A stretch of DNA of 64,000 nucleotides from assembly GCA_964270895.1 (NCBI GenBank), contig OZ185449.1, one strand, 5' to 3'. The stretch's first letter is position 1; every line of letters begins with the position of its first letter. Positions 12,018 through 24,529 of this stretch are shown piece after piece. Origin of the DNA: Podarcis filfolensis. Taxonomy: Eukaryota. The notes under the pieces were generated by a model. The model ran no database searches and was not told the origin of the DNA. It worked only from the letters and a program-made list of their open reading frames with translations. The translations under genes and the position numbers were made by a program.

Positions 12018-14996
12018 CTGGGAGACAGACAGGATTAGTGCAAACATTTTTCGAAATGCGAAAGGCAGATCTGGGTAACTGATAAGTCTTTTATGATCAG
12101 AGAAAAAGAGAGAGAAACACAGAGAGAGTCCACAGTCTGTTTCTTCCAGCAGCCTTTTGTGCAACCCTTTGATCTTCTATGTAGCGTCAATGCAACCCAG
12201 GGCTAGGGAAAGCTGTTGTTGGGATTCCAGATGTTGTTGGACTCCAACTTCCATCAGCCTCTGACAGCACAACCAATGATCAGGGATGATGGAAGCTGGA
12301 CTCTAAACAACAGAAAAAGCCACAGGCTCCCCAGTCCTGATCAAACCTAAAGGCTCACCTTTTTCTATGTGAAGCTGAGCCAGTCCTGCATTAACTCTGC
12401 AATATTTTGCTGGGTTGCTTTTACGCCTAGATTTATGCAACTGGAATTTGGTTGCATACTGAGGTTATTTTGAGTGCACGTTGGGATTTTATGGGGCTTA
12501 ATGTTTGTTTTGCCTTTACTACTTTTAGCTGCCTTGAGCTTCTTTGCAGAATAAGGTAGAACATGAGTTTTAAAAATAAAACAAAACTGAATGAAATACT
12601 GAAAGAGTGGTTTGGTTTGATAAGGTTTAGCATATGGCTGAAATGACCAAACTTGCTGAACTTGTTGTTCTGTATATTTTTAATGAAAATATTCAAGTCC
12701 AAGTAAATAAGCAGTAACAACTTCACTTTCATCTAAAACCAGAGCCAGCCAGAGGGCAGTTGTTTCTCATGCCCTCAGTTTACAGAAGGGCTTCTTCTGA
12801 AAACAACACTTAATCAAGGGAGAAGCTTGCATGCTTCCCATAGGCATTTGGTTGGGCCCTATGAGAACAGAATGCTGGACGAGTTGGGCTTTTGGCTTAA
12901 CACAACAGGACTCTTATCAGCAGGAAAACGCATATAACAATCACAGGGTCTCTTCTAGGGCTGTTCTCTAAGAATTAAACCTCTGTATTATGCCTTACCT
13001 AAGTAAGAAATTAGTTTTTAGTTATTAGGTACTAGCTAAATATTAAATAGAAGTAGACTAGAGGATGTATTGATGCTCTGTTGAAGTTTCCAAATATCAG
13101 TTTCCTGTAACCAAGCAGCTAATAGCACATTATGTTGTTAAAAACAAGGAGGTGATTAATCTTTCTAAAAAACAGGCGCAAATCATACCTGGCACAACAG
13201 AATGCCCAAGGAGCTATAGGTTTCATGCATGGGCAGAATCATCAAAAGCAGGAAATAATGTTGGATATTTTAAGACCCTTTGCCATTTTAGGAATGAAAA
13301 TTAATAGTCACAGGAGGAGAGACAAGGAAGTATAAAGGTGGGGCTCAAATTCTGTGCTGCTATGATTTGGACTGTGTGTAGTGCTTCATCAATGGAGATT
13401 TGTTTTCTTACACTGCTTCTGAGTTTGTAAGTCTAGAAGCTTTTGCTGTGAAAGGGTGTGATTGGTTTACTTGTTTTTGTTTATTTATTTTGCTATTAAA
13501 TAAAAATCCTTCTTGGTCATTTGTCTGCAGCGATATGGTATGTGACATTTGCTGAAGCTCGAAAGCCTATGTCTTGGGAAAAATTGCTGAGTTCTCAGCA
13601 ACCTTTGACCCCAGCAGTCTCCCATGAATGATGGTTACTCATTGACTAGAAGGAGTCTTTAAATGGTTTTGGCTGTTATTTTGTACTAAGAATTGTTAGG
13701 AGACAGAATAAGAATATTGCTCAGTCAGTTCAGAAAGACAGCTCAGTGAAGTAAGCCTGAAGTCCAAATTAAGAGGAGTTCAGAAGTGTCCAGTACATAT
13801 AGTATACAGCACAGTAAAAAGCAATAAAAGCAACTGAATAAATATAGGGGTATAAAATTCAAGTCCACAGGAAAGGGTCTATTTTTAGGATCTATTTATA
13901 TCTATTTGTATTATTTAATAGCAAATTTTGATTAAACCTATTTTTGACAATTAAGCTTGCTTTTTAATCCAAGAACACATGAAACAGTATGAGGATGTGA
14001 GAATGTGTGAAGTTGCAATTGGATAGGTGTATAACAAGAATGGAAACTTGATGACTATATAAGGCAACATCTAAATGGATTCCTATGAGAAGGCAATACC
14101 AAAAATTAAGCTCAATAATTGATCAATATTTAAGATAACATCTAAATGGATTCAAAGAAGAAGAAGGTATAATAATTTTAAAGTGTGCACATAGTTAACA
14201 CTGCCTGCCTGGATGCTCTTAAGTATTTGTTTAAATGTCTTAGAGAATTTTAATGGTTTTGAGTATGGAATCAGCTGTTTGCTGAAATGATGTTGCTTAT
14301 TTAGTTTAGCTACTTCCCATGGTTAAAGTACAAAAGGTATTTACAGGACAATATTACTGAGTTTTGAAGAAGAATAACTCAGAAAAATGGAAAATGTGAT
14401 TAAGTCTCTCAAAAATATTAATTACTGTAATCCAAAATCATAGTTGCATATGATTTGACAAAACTTCTTCGTTAATTCCTGATTCCTGCCAGGAATATCC
14501 TTTCTGTTTTTGCTTCTTTGCTGATTTTGTAGACCTGCCTCAGCAAAAGGGCAACAAGAGCAACAAGGAAAACAACCATTTACGTTTTATGCTATGTCTT
14601 ATTTACTTGTTATTAGTCTTGTGGCCGTAACAGAACCATATTTGAACTTATTTTATTATGACTTACTTTTAAATCCTTAAGAATCCCTATGGACTCCTTC
14701 TGTGTTGGATTTTTTTTTATTAAAAAAAATTACTTTGTAGGAATCCTTAAGAAGCAAATTCTTGGTATCAGGATCGCTAGCGAAGTAATGAAGACGGGTG
14801 TGAACCCATCTTTTACAGGTTCCTTTTCTTCAGATGTTCAAAGAATTTCAAGTTTCCTCTTCTTTTACCACAAATAAACGGAAAAAGCCTCTTGGTTTCT
14901 TCTTTACTCAAGTTGTGCTCTTGAGAAATCCTTCTCTGCATCCTCCCCTGCTCCCCCCTCGTCTAAACCCCAGAAAACAAGGCTCCATGGACTCAC

Positions 14997-15173
14997 AGGT
15001 AAGAAAGAGTGTTGTTTCATCCACACGGACGCTCTTTGGCCTGATGCACAGATCCACACTGGCTGTGTCCAAGCTGCGCTGGTTGGTCTTGGTATTGTAG
15101 CAGGAAGCCGAGCGGCAGTGATCACGTAGCCAGACGTAGTCAAAGCGCATGAGGACATCCCCATATTTCAGCT
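14997..15173 (-). CDS. TMLHE: TMLHE exon 3
   Basis: Acceptor ttcctag| and donor T|gtgagt; 177 nt. Encodes ELKYGDVLMRFDYVWLRDHCRSASCYNTKTNQRSLDTASVDLCIRPKSVRVDETTLFLT, the GBBH-like N-terminal domain. Confidence 0.97.
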
Positions 15174-15769
15174 CTAGGAAACACACACACACCACTTGGC
15201 TAAATGCAAGAAACAATAAGGAGGATTTTCATCCAAATGAAATCCCACTCTTTGCCAGAAACTTTTAATAGCAGCTAATTTAGGTCACATGCATCCCACA
15301 CATTTAAAGCAACCCCAAAGAATCCTAGGACCTGGAGCTCCCACAGCCATGACTATTAAAGTGGCATGAATGTGCTTCAAATGTACAATATGGATGCAAC
15401 CTTCTAATAACGAACACATTCTGCAAGCGCGCATGGCAACACAGCCAAGACGGCACCAACTGACTCGCAAGAAGTCAGCTTCAAGCAAGCTTGGCGGAAT
15501 TCCGAGGTTTACAAAAGTACAAAAAACTCTGGGGGGAGGGAGACCCTAAAGAAAAAGAGGGCTCACACAGCTCAATAAAGGCTGAGTTTGCTCTACAGGC
15601 ATAGAATGCTGATTGACTAACTGCATGGAGGGAAAAACTGATTGTCCTAAGAAAGCAGCACGGCTGGCTGGCATCTTGAATGGAAGCGCTTTTGCCCAGG
15701 AAGCCACTCACATGCTCTGACATTTATCCTTCCCAGCCCTTCAAAGCCCCTCACCCCCAGGCTACTTAC

Positions 15770-15950
15770 CCAAGTGATAATCGTTTAACTGCCAGGCACA
15801 CTTCAGCGACTCTGGGGCTGTGTGATGCCAACGGGTCAGACTTGGAAGGGTTTTCCTGAAGTTGAGCAGCCATGGCACCCGGCACCTGGGACTTTTCTTC
15901 AGTAGCCGCTGGGAGCTAGAGAGCAGGTGAATCAGCTGGCGACCCCACAT
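15770..15950 (-). CDS. TMLHE: TMLHE coding exon 2 (start codon, mitochondrial targeting presequence)
   Basis: ATG at 15950, one base inside the acceptor cag|G. It encodes MWGRQLIHLLSSSQRLLKKSPRCRVPWLLNFRKTLPSLTRWHHTAPESLKCAWQLNDYHL, which is R/K/S/L-rich with no acidic residue in the first ~47 aa and resembles the human N-terminus (..HWHHTASKSLTCAWQQHEDHF). Donor G|gtaagt at 15769; 181 nt, phase 1. Confidence 0.93.
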
Positions 15951-16407
15951 CCTGGGAAAGGGAGACCAAACAGGGAGAGACCCTCACTCACATGCGCCAT
16001 TGTTAGAAAGAGTTTTGAAACCACACTGCAATCCATGCCTGACGCTCTGCATGCAAGGAGCTGTGTGTGCGACGATATAAGAAGAGAAAGACACTTTGGG
16101 TGAAACCCTGGATTACAGCTGCACCACCTGATATGCAGCTGGTCTCTTGGGGGGGGGGGGCGGAAACCTGCAGCATCCTCAGCCAAGATGCTGATCTGGG
16201 GGGGTCACTGCTGGGTTTTGTCCTTTGCATACGAACAGGTAAGCAGGGCTGTTGTGCAACAGAATTCCATGCAGCTGAAAATACATTACCTCCCTCCCAA
16301 CCAACCCTGTATGAGGTTTATCCGCATTCACCTGGAGGGGAACCTTTAGAACAATCAAGAGTTATTTGCAATGAAGAGATAAGGCCAAGGCCATGTTGTG
16401 GGTTATT

Positions 16408-17066
16408 CAAAGTCAAAGTTTATTAGATTTGTGAGGTCCATGCCTTTACACAAAATACCATAAAACATTATTAAAAGATAAACAATAAAATTATAAAAAT
16501 AAGCTAAAATTCATGCCATGCTGTCCCAGCAAGGAAACTACCCAAAAAACCTCGTCATTCCGGAAAGAAGATACAGCAACAGGTTAGGAGAGCAATGGGA
16601 GGAACCTCACCATTTCCTCCAGGAACCATACCCTAGTTTTCATAGCCTTCACCACAAAGACCGCTACCACGTAAGAAATCCGTGGATCAGCATCCACCAG
16701 TAAAAACTTTACTTGGTCCTCAGGGTTGGCTATTGATTTGGGAATAGTTTGTAACATCGCATCCCTGAAGGCCGAATAGATGGGACAATACAACATGTAA
16801 TGTGTGAGATCCTCTTTGGTTCTCATATGACAAGGACATATACGCTGCTCTACTGGGATTTTTGCATATCTGCCTGACAAATAGGCCGTAGGAATGGTTT
16901 GAAAACGGGCCATGGTGAAAGCTCTCCGAAGGGTGGGGTTGGTGATATTCGCCAAATAATTGGCGCAGGTTTTGACTGATTTCAGTCGGGGAAACCAGTG
17001 GGAGGACCCTGGGTTCTGTATTTTTGTGATATCTAACAGAGCGTCTCTCTCCAGGATCCATTCCCG
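16408..17066 (-). mobile_element. 5'-truncated non-LTR retrotransposon with C-terminal CCHC knuckle (clade unassigned)
   Basis: ORF RRAFTMARFQ...RICPCHMRTKEDLTHYMLYCPIY; 3' end AATAAA plus a GACTTT-type tail; 13-bp TSD GTTGTGGGTTATT (16395-16407 and 17067-17079). Confidence 0.85.
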
Positions 17067-18609
17067 GTTGTGGGTTATTGATCACACCCACATCTCAGGC
17101 ACTTGCTAAATCAGACCACAGTTGGGAGACTGCTGTTCTGGGTGGTAATGGGACTTGCAGTGTGTCAGCTGCTAGGTTGTGTGATGACAGCAGGAAAGAG
17201 AATTAGGCCAGTAGCTCTTGGGTCTTTTGCTGGCGATAGTCACGTAAACGGCCTGCTGCCATCAATCAGTCCTCTGCACCTGGCAATTATATGCTAGGAA
17301 CCATGGTGTGGCACAGAAGCACACGTCCTGCTAACTTGATCTGCTGGGAGACATGATTGAGTAGAGACTGGCTACAAATAAGCCCCTGCTGAAGTGGATT
17401 TAGAAACATACAGGGTTGTCAGATTATCAAGTCAGAGTACTTGCTCATATAGTTCAGTATTGCCTATTCTGACTGGCAGAGCTGTACAGGGTCTCAGGAA
17501 GAGAGGAACAGATTATAGCCCAGTGGTTAAACACATGCTTTTCATACAGAAGGTGTCAATCTCCATCATCTCCAAGTAAGGCAGGGAAAGATTCCTGCCT
17601 GAAACCCTTGAGAGCTACTGCCAGTCAGTGCAGTCAACACTGAGTTAGATGGATCAATAGTCTGGCTTGGGGTAAAGCAGCTTCCCATGTTCTCATATGT
17701 GGTGTCCCTACCTGCAAGAACACTCCCACTCTTCCCAAATCCTAGTGACAACCAAGCAGGGTTTTCTCAATGCCAGCAGCATCCTTACTTGACTAGTGGT
17801 TTAGGTCACACAACAGAGAGGTCAAGTAGGTATTCTAATCTTTATGGCGGTATTTCACAAAGTTATGCAGCTGACTTTATATCTCAGCTCAAGGCAAAAA
17901 ACAGAACTGGTATGGCAGTGATGGAAAGAAAATACAAGAGGAGGAGGGAAGGAGGGCTGCAGAAAGTTGCTCATAACTGTAGAAAAACTCCAAAAGCAGG
18001 ACCCAGAGCATTAATTCAACCATTCTCACAGCAATTATTTTGTGACCATGCTAGCATGAGATGTAAGGTTTGGCAGGGTCTAAACATTCATTTCATCCAA
18101 GGCTGGTTCAAGACATTTTGGCACTTGAGATGAACCACAAAGATCTACACTGGGAACAAGGGGGGAATGCAGCTGCAGCAACAGTGAGCAATGCATTCAT
18201 TGCAGGTTGGATCTGCTGCCCCTGTGGATTTTGCCGCTTGAGGCGGTCACCTCATCTTGCCTCATGGGTGGGCCAACCCTCCTTTCATCTACTAAGAACT
18301 TCAATCCTAGGTACATTTACTGGCCAGCTGCAATTCCCAGCATTTTAATCTTATCCGTATTATAATTTTGTTGTTATTTATTAAATTTCTATACCGCCCT
18401 TCATCTGAGGATCACGGGGCAGTTTACAATATGCATTGTTGGTACAGCACCACTAGAACAATAGAACCAGGTTAAACAGACCAAAACAACCAACTGGGTT
18501 CAATTCCCAGCATCTCTAGGTATGGCTGAGAATAATTCCCTGCCTGAAACCCTGAGATCCACACTGCCAGGAAGCTAGATGAACCAATGTATAGTAGATG
18601 AACTCAGTA

Positions 18610-18851
18610 CAGTGGTACCTCGGGTTACATACGCTTCAGGTTACATACACTTCAGGTTACAGACTCCGCTAACCCAGAAATAGTGCTTCAGGTTAAGAAC
18701 TTTGCTTCAGGATAAGAACAGAAATCGTGTTCTGGCGGCGCGGCGGCAGCAGGAGGCCCCATTAGCCAAAGTGGTGCTTCAGGTTACGAACAGTTTCAGG
18801 TTAAGTACGGGCCTCCGGAACGAATTAAGTACTTAACCCGAGGTACCACTG
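18610..18851 (+). mobile_element. Tigger/pogo-like MITE, family A (CTTCAGGTTA repeats)
   Basis: TIR CAGTGGTACCTCGGGTTA at both ends; TA TSD; it interrupts an older SINE. Confidence 0.9.
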
Positions 18852-21800
18852 TATAGTATAAGGAAGCTCCCTATGTTTGTAGTGTAACAGGCAACTCAGT
18901 GGTAGAGGCATCATTTGCATTTCACGTTCAAGCCCTGATATCCCCAGATAGGTTTCCTGCCTGAAACCCTGGAGAACAGCGGCCAGTTAGTGCAGACAAA
19001 ACCAAGCTAGATAGACCAAAGGTTCAACTGTATACGAGTCAGTTTCCTATTACAGCTTTTTAAAGAGAGTTGACAAAGAAGATACCGTGAAGCAATTCAC
19101 ATGAACAGCATAACATACACATCAGAGTTCACATTTATCATCAACAGATAAGTTAGCAAGAATGATTCTTACCTTTGCTCAAAGCTGACCCTTTGAGACT
19201 CTCACATTATCGATGAGTGGTTACCTGCTAGACTGTGGCTATGATGCTGCTCTCAAAGCATAAAGCAGGGGACATGATATACTTTTATCAGACTGATTTT
19301 TGCTGCTACAAGAAGTTGCAAACTTTCGAGTTTCAGGTGAATTGCCTGTTGGCAGCAAAGACGTATTTTTCAACCACCTGCTTTCTATTGCCGAGGTTCT
19401 GCGCCTTTTCTTGTTTTGTTTAACCAGGAGTGCTGTGAAATGCAAAAGCTTGCATTTTTTTCCAATGCCAACTTAAGCTTGTCTGATAAAAAAGTCCCTT
19501 TAATTAAAGACAGCAAGAAAAACCACTTCTGCTATGTTCTCCTAATGCATTTGCTCCCAAAACTCTTTCCAAAGGGAGAAGAAACTAATTCACACATTGA
19601 TAAAATGCAAACATAAAACACGGAGAAAAATATGATCCTTGTGTTAAATCAAGAGAGGAACAATCGACAGAGCACTCAGTACCATAAACTGCAGAATTAG
19701 CTCTTAGATCCCCACTTTTGATTCCTAGAAAGCAGCTCAAGAGAGAGAAAAACAAACCTGAAGAGTGGAATTGCTCATTTCAACATGAAGTTTCTCTAAG
19801 CATCAATGAGATATTTGAATGACTATAATTCCAAGAGCCTAACGCGCATGATTGTGTGTGCAGAAACTGAACAGAAAGTTGTTACAAACCTATGCTTGTT
19901 CCAACAAACCTGCCAACAAGACTCTCCTGCGTTGCCAAGAGCCTGGAGTTAAAAGCTGTTATCTCCTTCCCCACACACAGTCTCTGTCACCTTTCCCGTT
20001 CCAGTATCAAAGGTTGCCAGAGACAGACTGAATATATTTCACAGCTAAAGGGCTCACAGCCCTTGATCTAATCAGTCCAGGCGATTCTGTATATTCAATT
20101 CCATGCATGAGAGGCTGGTTACCAGGGGAAGATTGGGCAGAGCCCAACCATTATTTTTGCTCCTGCACTGCTTAAGTGCCCACAGTATCTTTGTAAGGGA
20201 GGAAAATGGGGAGAAAAGCAGAACTAAATGACCACACATCTGGCGACCCCTTGGCTACCCCCACCAGGTCCAGTGATTACCAGCTGGCACTGATCCCAGG
20301 TGCTCGTGGCTCACATCCAGAGATTTTGCATGCACCTTTAACCTTTACAATAATTCGGCATGTTTAAGGAGCCAAAGGCTGGCAGACACACACAGATCAA
20401 CGATGGAAATTTGCATCAGCCACCAATCATGGCAATTTACATACAATGTACAAACATATACACAACTGAGCAGATAAAATTGCCAAATTAAATTTAGAAT
20501 TAGAAATCAAGGGGAACAACATGGCTCTTACAATGACCAGTAGGTAACAGAAACAGTTCAGGGGTAAATTTCTGTTATCCTCAACATCCCTGAACACTTC
20601 CTTGTTTTTTAGGGAAAGGCTGAGCAATTACTTTGTCGTCAAGCAAAGTTTACCTCCGAGCTTCAGCTGAACATAAGCAGGATGAAATCCGCAGCTCATT
20701 CCAACCAAGTACAAACTCAGTGATGATCTGGAGCGTTTAAGGGAAGGAAGTGGTCATCTCCTTTCTGGGGACAACAGACTCTTGCTTCAAGGGGGCCAGA
20801 CTGTGCTGGGTCTGACCCAAGAGGTGAAAGGTGAGATGGAATAAAGGAGAGTGATCAAGAATTGTCAGAAAATCCAAAAACAGCAGAAAGGACCAGCCAT
20901 GCCTAGGGCATGTATTATTGGGGCAAGAGCAGAATTTGAGGAAAAGGCAGGAAGGCAGTGCAGCTGCAGCCCGTGGGAAGCTGCTGAGCAACAGAACAGC
21001 TTCCCTGTGATGATCTAAGAAGGGGGAAACAGTCCTTCAGCTACCAGTATATCCCCTCCCTGAAGTTGGTCAGAGGTCAAGGCAGCTTATTGGTGCTTTT
21101 AAAAAAAAAATTGAAAAAACAAAGCAAAGCAAAGCAAAGCAAAGGGCTAAGTGCTTTCCAAGGGGAAAAAATGAAATAAAATAAAAGGAAGGCCATGGTG
21201 ACTTCAGGTCTCCAGAGAGGCTTTTTGCTCTGTTTGCACAGAGGATGCTGTGACTACGAAAAATGGAGATACAGCATGATAGGTTCCAAGAGTTCCATGT
21301 ATAAATAAAAATGCATATACTTAAACACTTGGAATCAACTAACCTCGCACAAGCAACTTGAGGCTTCTGGAGCTTGTGTACCAAAAGATTTATATCCCCA
21401 ACCAAGACAGAAAGCTTAAAAGCTCTTTCCCACTGGTTTCCCCATCTCTCTACCAAGATGTCCTCGCAAGGCTATCTGCAGAGGCAAATTTAGGGTAGTA
21501 TGGCCAGTTCAGTTGCACTGGCTGCAGACCATCAAGGGTGCTGCAACTATGATGCAGAATGGAAGGGGGAGTATTTGTCAAATTTTGGCATCTCACATAG
21601 GATCTGCTGAAATTTGAGACCCCCAGGTCTGTCACTGAAATCCAAGTTCCTGCACACACTTGCAAGAGCATCCTAGACGTGGCACATAGAGAGGGCCTTG
21701 CTTCTCCAGCAAGGCAAAACGAAAAAAAACAAAACAAATCCTGCACAAAAAGAGATTTGAAGCTCTCAGATTTTCTTGCATTTAAAATGTGAAATTTCAA

Positions 21801-22270
21801 CTGTACATGGTTAAAATTGCACAAGTTAAATGTGCATAAGATGCGATCATATTGTATAACAACTGGGCTGCTGCAAAACTACAACAACACTGCAGTATAT
21901 ACGGTACTAGATGCATGCACCCACCTCCAACTCCAAAGACGCTTTCTAGGTCAGGGTTCCACTCAGCTCACACTTCATACCTTCCTCTGAGATACTACAG
22001 GGTAGCCCAAAAGTAGGTATACTTTTAAGAAAAATGAATGATTTTTTTTCTTTACTGATATTGTGAATGATGAGAACAAAGAAAGTGGATTCCAAAGCAG
22101 TACCTGTACACTTACTTTTGGTTCATCCTGTATCAGATGTTAAGGTAGGTGGAAGGGGAACCTTTATCCATAGAGCAAGACTGGCCCTCCTTTGAGGGCG
22201 TCTAGTGCTGGGTAGGTTCAGAAGCAAAAGCAGGCACAGCAACAGAATTGACTTCTTGTGTGGCTGGTAC

Positions 22271-22846
22271 TGTAGCCTTATGAGGCTTTGCCCTCGGGTG
22301 GGAAAAATATTGCGCCTGGGAAAGGGAAGTGGGAGTCAACAAACACTCAAGGAATAGTTTCGGAGAAAAGGCTTTTATTTCTACCATCCATGAACTGGTA
22401 GAAGGAGCAAGTGTGATAAGTCACAAAAAGCATGCACGTGTTCACAGTCATGTGCACAAGCATATATACCCCTTTCTAGTTCCCTCCCCCTTTCTCCAGA
22501 GTCCTGCCCCATGAGTTCCTCTGAGCATGAACAGAAAGCTATCTTGGGACTCTTCCCAGGAAAGGGGAATGAGAGTGGTTCAGCATGTCCAAGCATGTCC
22601 AAGAAGTTGCAACTAGAATGAGATAAGATTCAGTCTCAGGCCTGCTATGAACAGAGCCTATTCATTAGCCTTTAAAAGTAACATTTTGCCTTTTGCCACA
22701 GCATCTTGTGATAGAGCAGAGGAGAGCAGAGAAAAGCTGTTTTGGATTTTTAGAAGACAAAAGGAATTCTGGACAGTTTTGAGGCCTGGTGTGATTACTG
22801 AAGCCTGGGGTGATTTCAGACAGGATTTGGGTATCCTGTCCCTTCA
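22271..22846 (-). repeat. ERV 3' LTR (576 bp)
   Basis: By manual comparison it differs from the 5' LTR by 7 substitutions and one 10-bp duplication. TATATA 22468-22463, AATAAA 22379-22374. It is preceded by the PPT AAAACAAACAGGGGGAA (22863-22847). Confidence 0.93.
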
Positions 22847-22869
22847 TTCCCCCTGTTTGTTTTTGGACA

Positions 22870-23130
22870 GCCGCCAGGCCTGTCCCAAATGGACCACTAT
22901 CCTTTCTTGAGGCCACTGATGCTTGCCCCAAGTTTGGGAGCTGCTTCCTGCAACTGTTGATAGGTCAGCCGAGCGTCTCCTTTGATGGGGTGCAGTGGCT
23001 ACCTGCTCAGGAATCCACATGGTGGGAAGTAGGTAGGCTGGGAAGCACACTCCATACCATCCCTGTGGGTGGATATGAGAAGCTTGCCTTCCATAAGCCT
23101 GCCTGACACACGTCTGTGAGCAGAGACACT
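22870..23130 (-). pseudogene. env: ERV env remnant (SU C-terminus and degenerate furin site; TM absent)
   Basis: GRQASHIHPQGWYGVCFPAYLLPTMWIPEQVATAPHQRRR-SA fits the class I env pattern GWxGxCxxAYLLP...RxRR. The Q codon CAA (22984-22982) could be a CpG-decayed CGA. The sequence runs into the PPT soon after the cleavage site. Confidence 0.65.
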
Positions 23131-23762
23131 ACCTTCCCCTTCTGAAGGCCACACCAAGCCAGAAAGAGTTCCTGGCGTGGACTCAGGTGTAACGGTTTGG
23201 GCTGGGAACGTACATTTCAGATCATCACTGGCGCTCTTTGATTCATTGACACAAAGCCAGCCAGTAATTCGGTGAACCTAGCCTTATCCGTGCCATTCGT
23301 GCACAGGGTTATTATCAAGTTGGTGCTGTGGTTCAAGGGGGGCTGCAGTTAAGGCTCTGGGTGGAGCTCTGCCAGGTGGAAGCGGGCTGGGGCATAATTT
23401 CCCTGATTGAACAACCCAAACAAATACCCTCCTCTGCAGGGGTGTTGTAAAGCTATCCAGGGCCCCTGAAACCTTCTATAAAGTTCAGCTATGCAAAAGG
23501 AAAGGAAAGAAAATGAGAAAATGTCCTCTTTCAATCCATGCTGGATTCTTGAGCCGTGCAAAATGCCAGGGGTGATGCAGGAAGGCAGGGTGGTCATCTC
23601 ACGGGCGTCTGGGCGTCTGGTGGGCGTTGGGCGTCTTGGGTCCCTTCCAACAGTGCTGGAGCGATGTCTGGGGTGAGTCGAAGGGGCCGGTGTAGATCAG
23701 GTGTCACAGATGCTGGCGTCCTTAACAGCTGTAGATAACAGGACAGTCTCTGGCCTGTTTAC

Positions 23763-23790
23763 CTGTCAAGAGAAGAGAAAAACAGACATG
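23763..23790 (-). promoter_or_regulatory. ERV env-type splice acceptor candidate
   Basis: tctgtttttctcttctcttgacag| with a long polypyrimidine tract, upstream of the env remnant. Confidence 0.6.
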
Positions 23791-24529
23791 GCAGCGACTG
23801 CGCATTGATAGATAACATTTTGCACATAGGTATAGTTCTAGGGTATGTGGCAGGAAGACTTCACACATGGAACAGTGCAGGAGGTTAACATGGCAACCCT
23901 ATTTTGACAGTCCTTTTTTTTTCTTGGGTTAAGTTTTTTGCCAGCTGAGATTTTTAAAAGTCTTTTTCTCTGCTCTATTTTTTTCAGAGCTTTAAGCCAT
24001 GTTGCAAATTTCAGTTCATTTGCCAGTGTCTGTAGAAAGAACAATGCGCTCCTTGCTTCTGGCAGTTTCAAATTCCTCAAAGTATCAGTTCCTATGTTAT
24101 GCTGCGGCTCCTTTTTCAGAGTAAAATTGCACCTTAAAAAGAAAAATACTTTTGACAAAGTTCACAGAAAGCGTTCACTTGCTTTTTTAAGAAAGTCACT
24201 TTTCCAGGTTAGTGCTTGGGGCAAAGGGGTGGGTAACCCTTGACCTTCTGGGTTTATGTCGCTTGACTGTAAATCCAGACAGTGTGGGGTTCAGGGAAGC
24301 TGGCTGGGGAGAATGCAGCATTTTCCTCTTGGGATAGCAGCCAAGAGCTAACGTTCTGAAGCTGCTTCAAGGGGGGGGGGGGAAGCTGATGTCCCGTTAT
24401 TGCATGAATGAATGTTAGAAACAGTTAGTTCACTTGCTTTGCTGCAACAGTCTTTGAGCAAGAACAGAGATGAGAAGAAATCATTTTTGAGAAATCTTAT
24501 TGTTCCCAGCCTGTGGGGGTGGGGTGTGT

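Noticed and set aside
13050-14450. AT-rich stretch resembling very old L1 sequence
   Set aside because: Too degenerate to assign boundaries or a family by eye.
19165-19225. Possible small cassette 5' UTR exon of TMLHE (donor AAAG|gtaaga)
   Set aside because: The acceptor is weak and such sites are common in a 15-kb intron; it needs RNA evidence.
22060-22150. C-box-like ATGATGA (snoRNA candidate)
   Set aside because: No D box (CTGA) at a suitable distance and no terminal stem.
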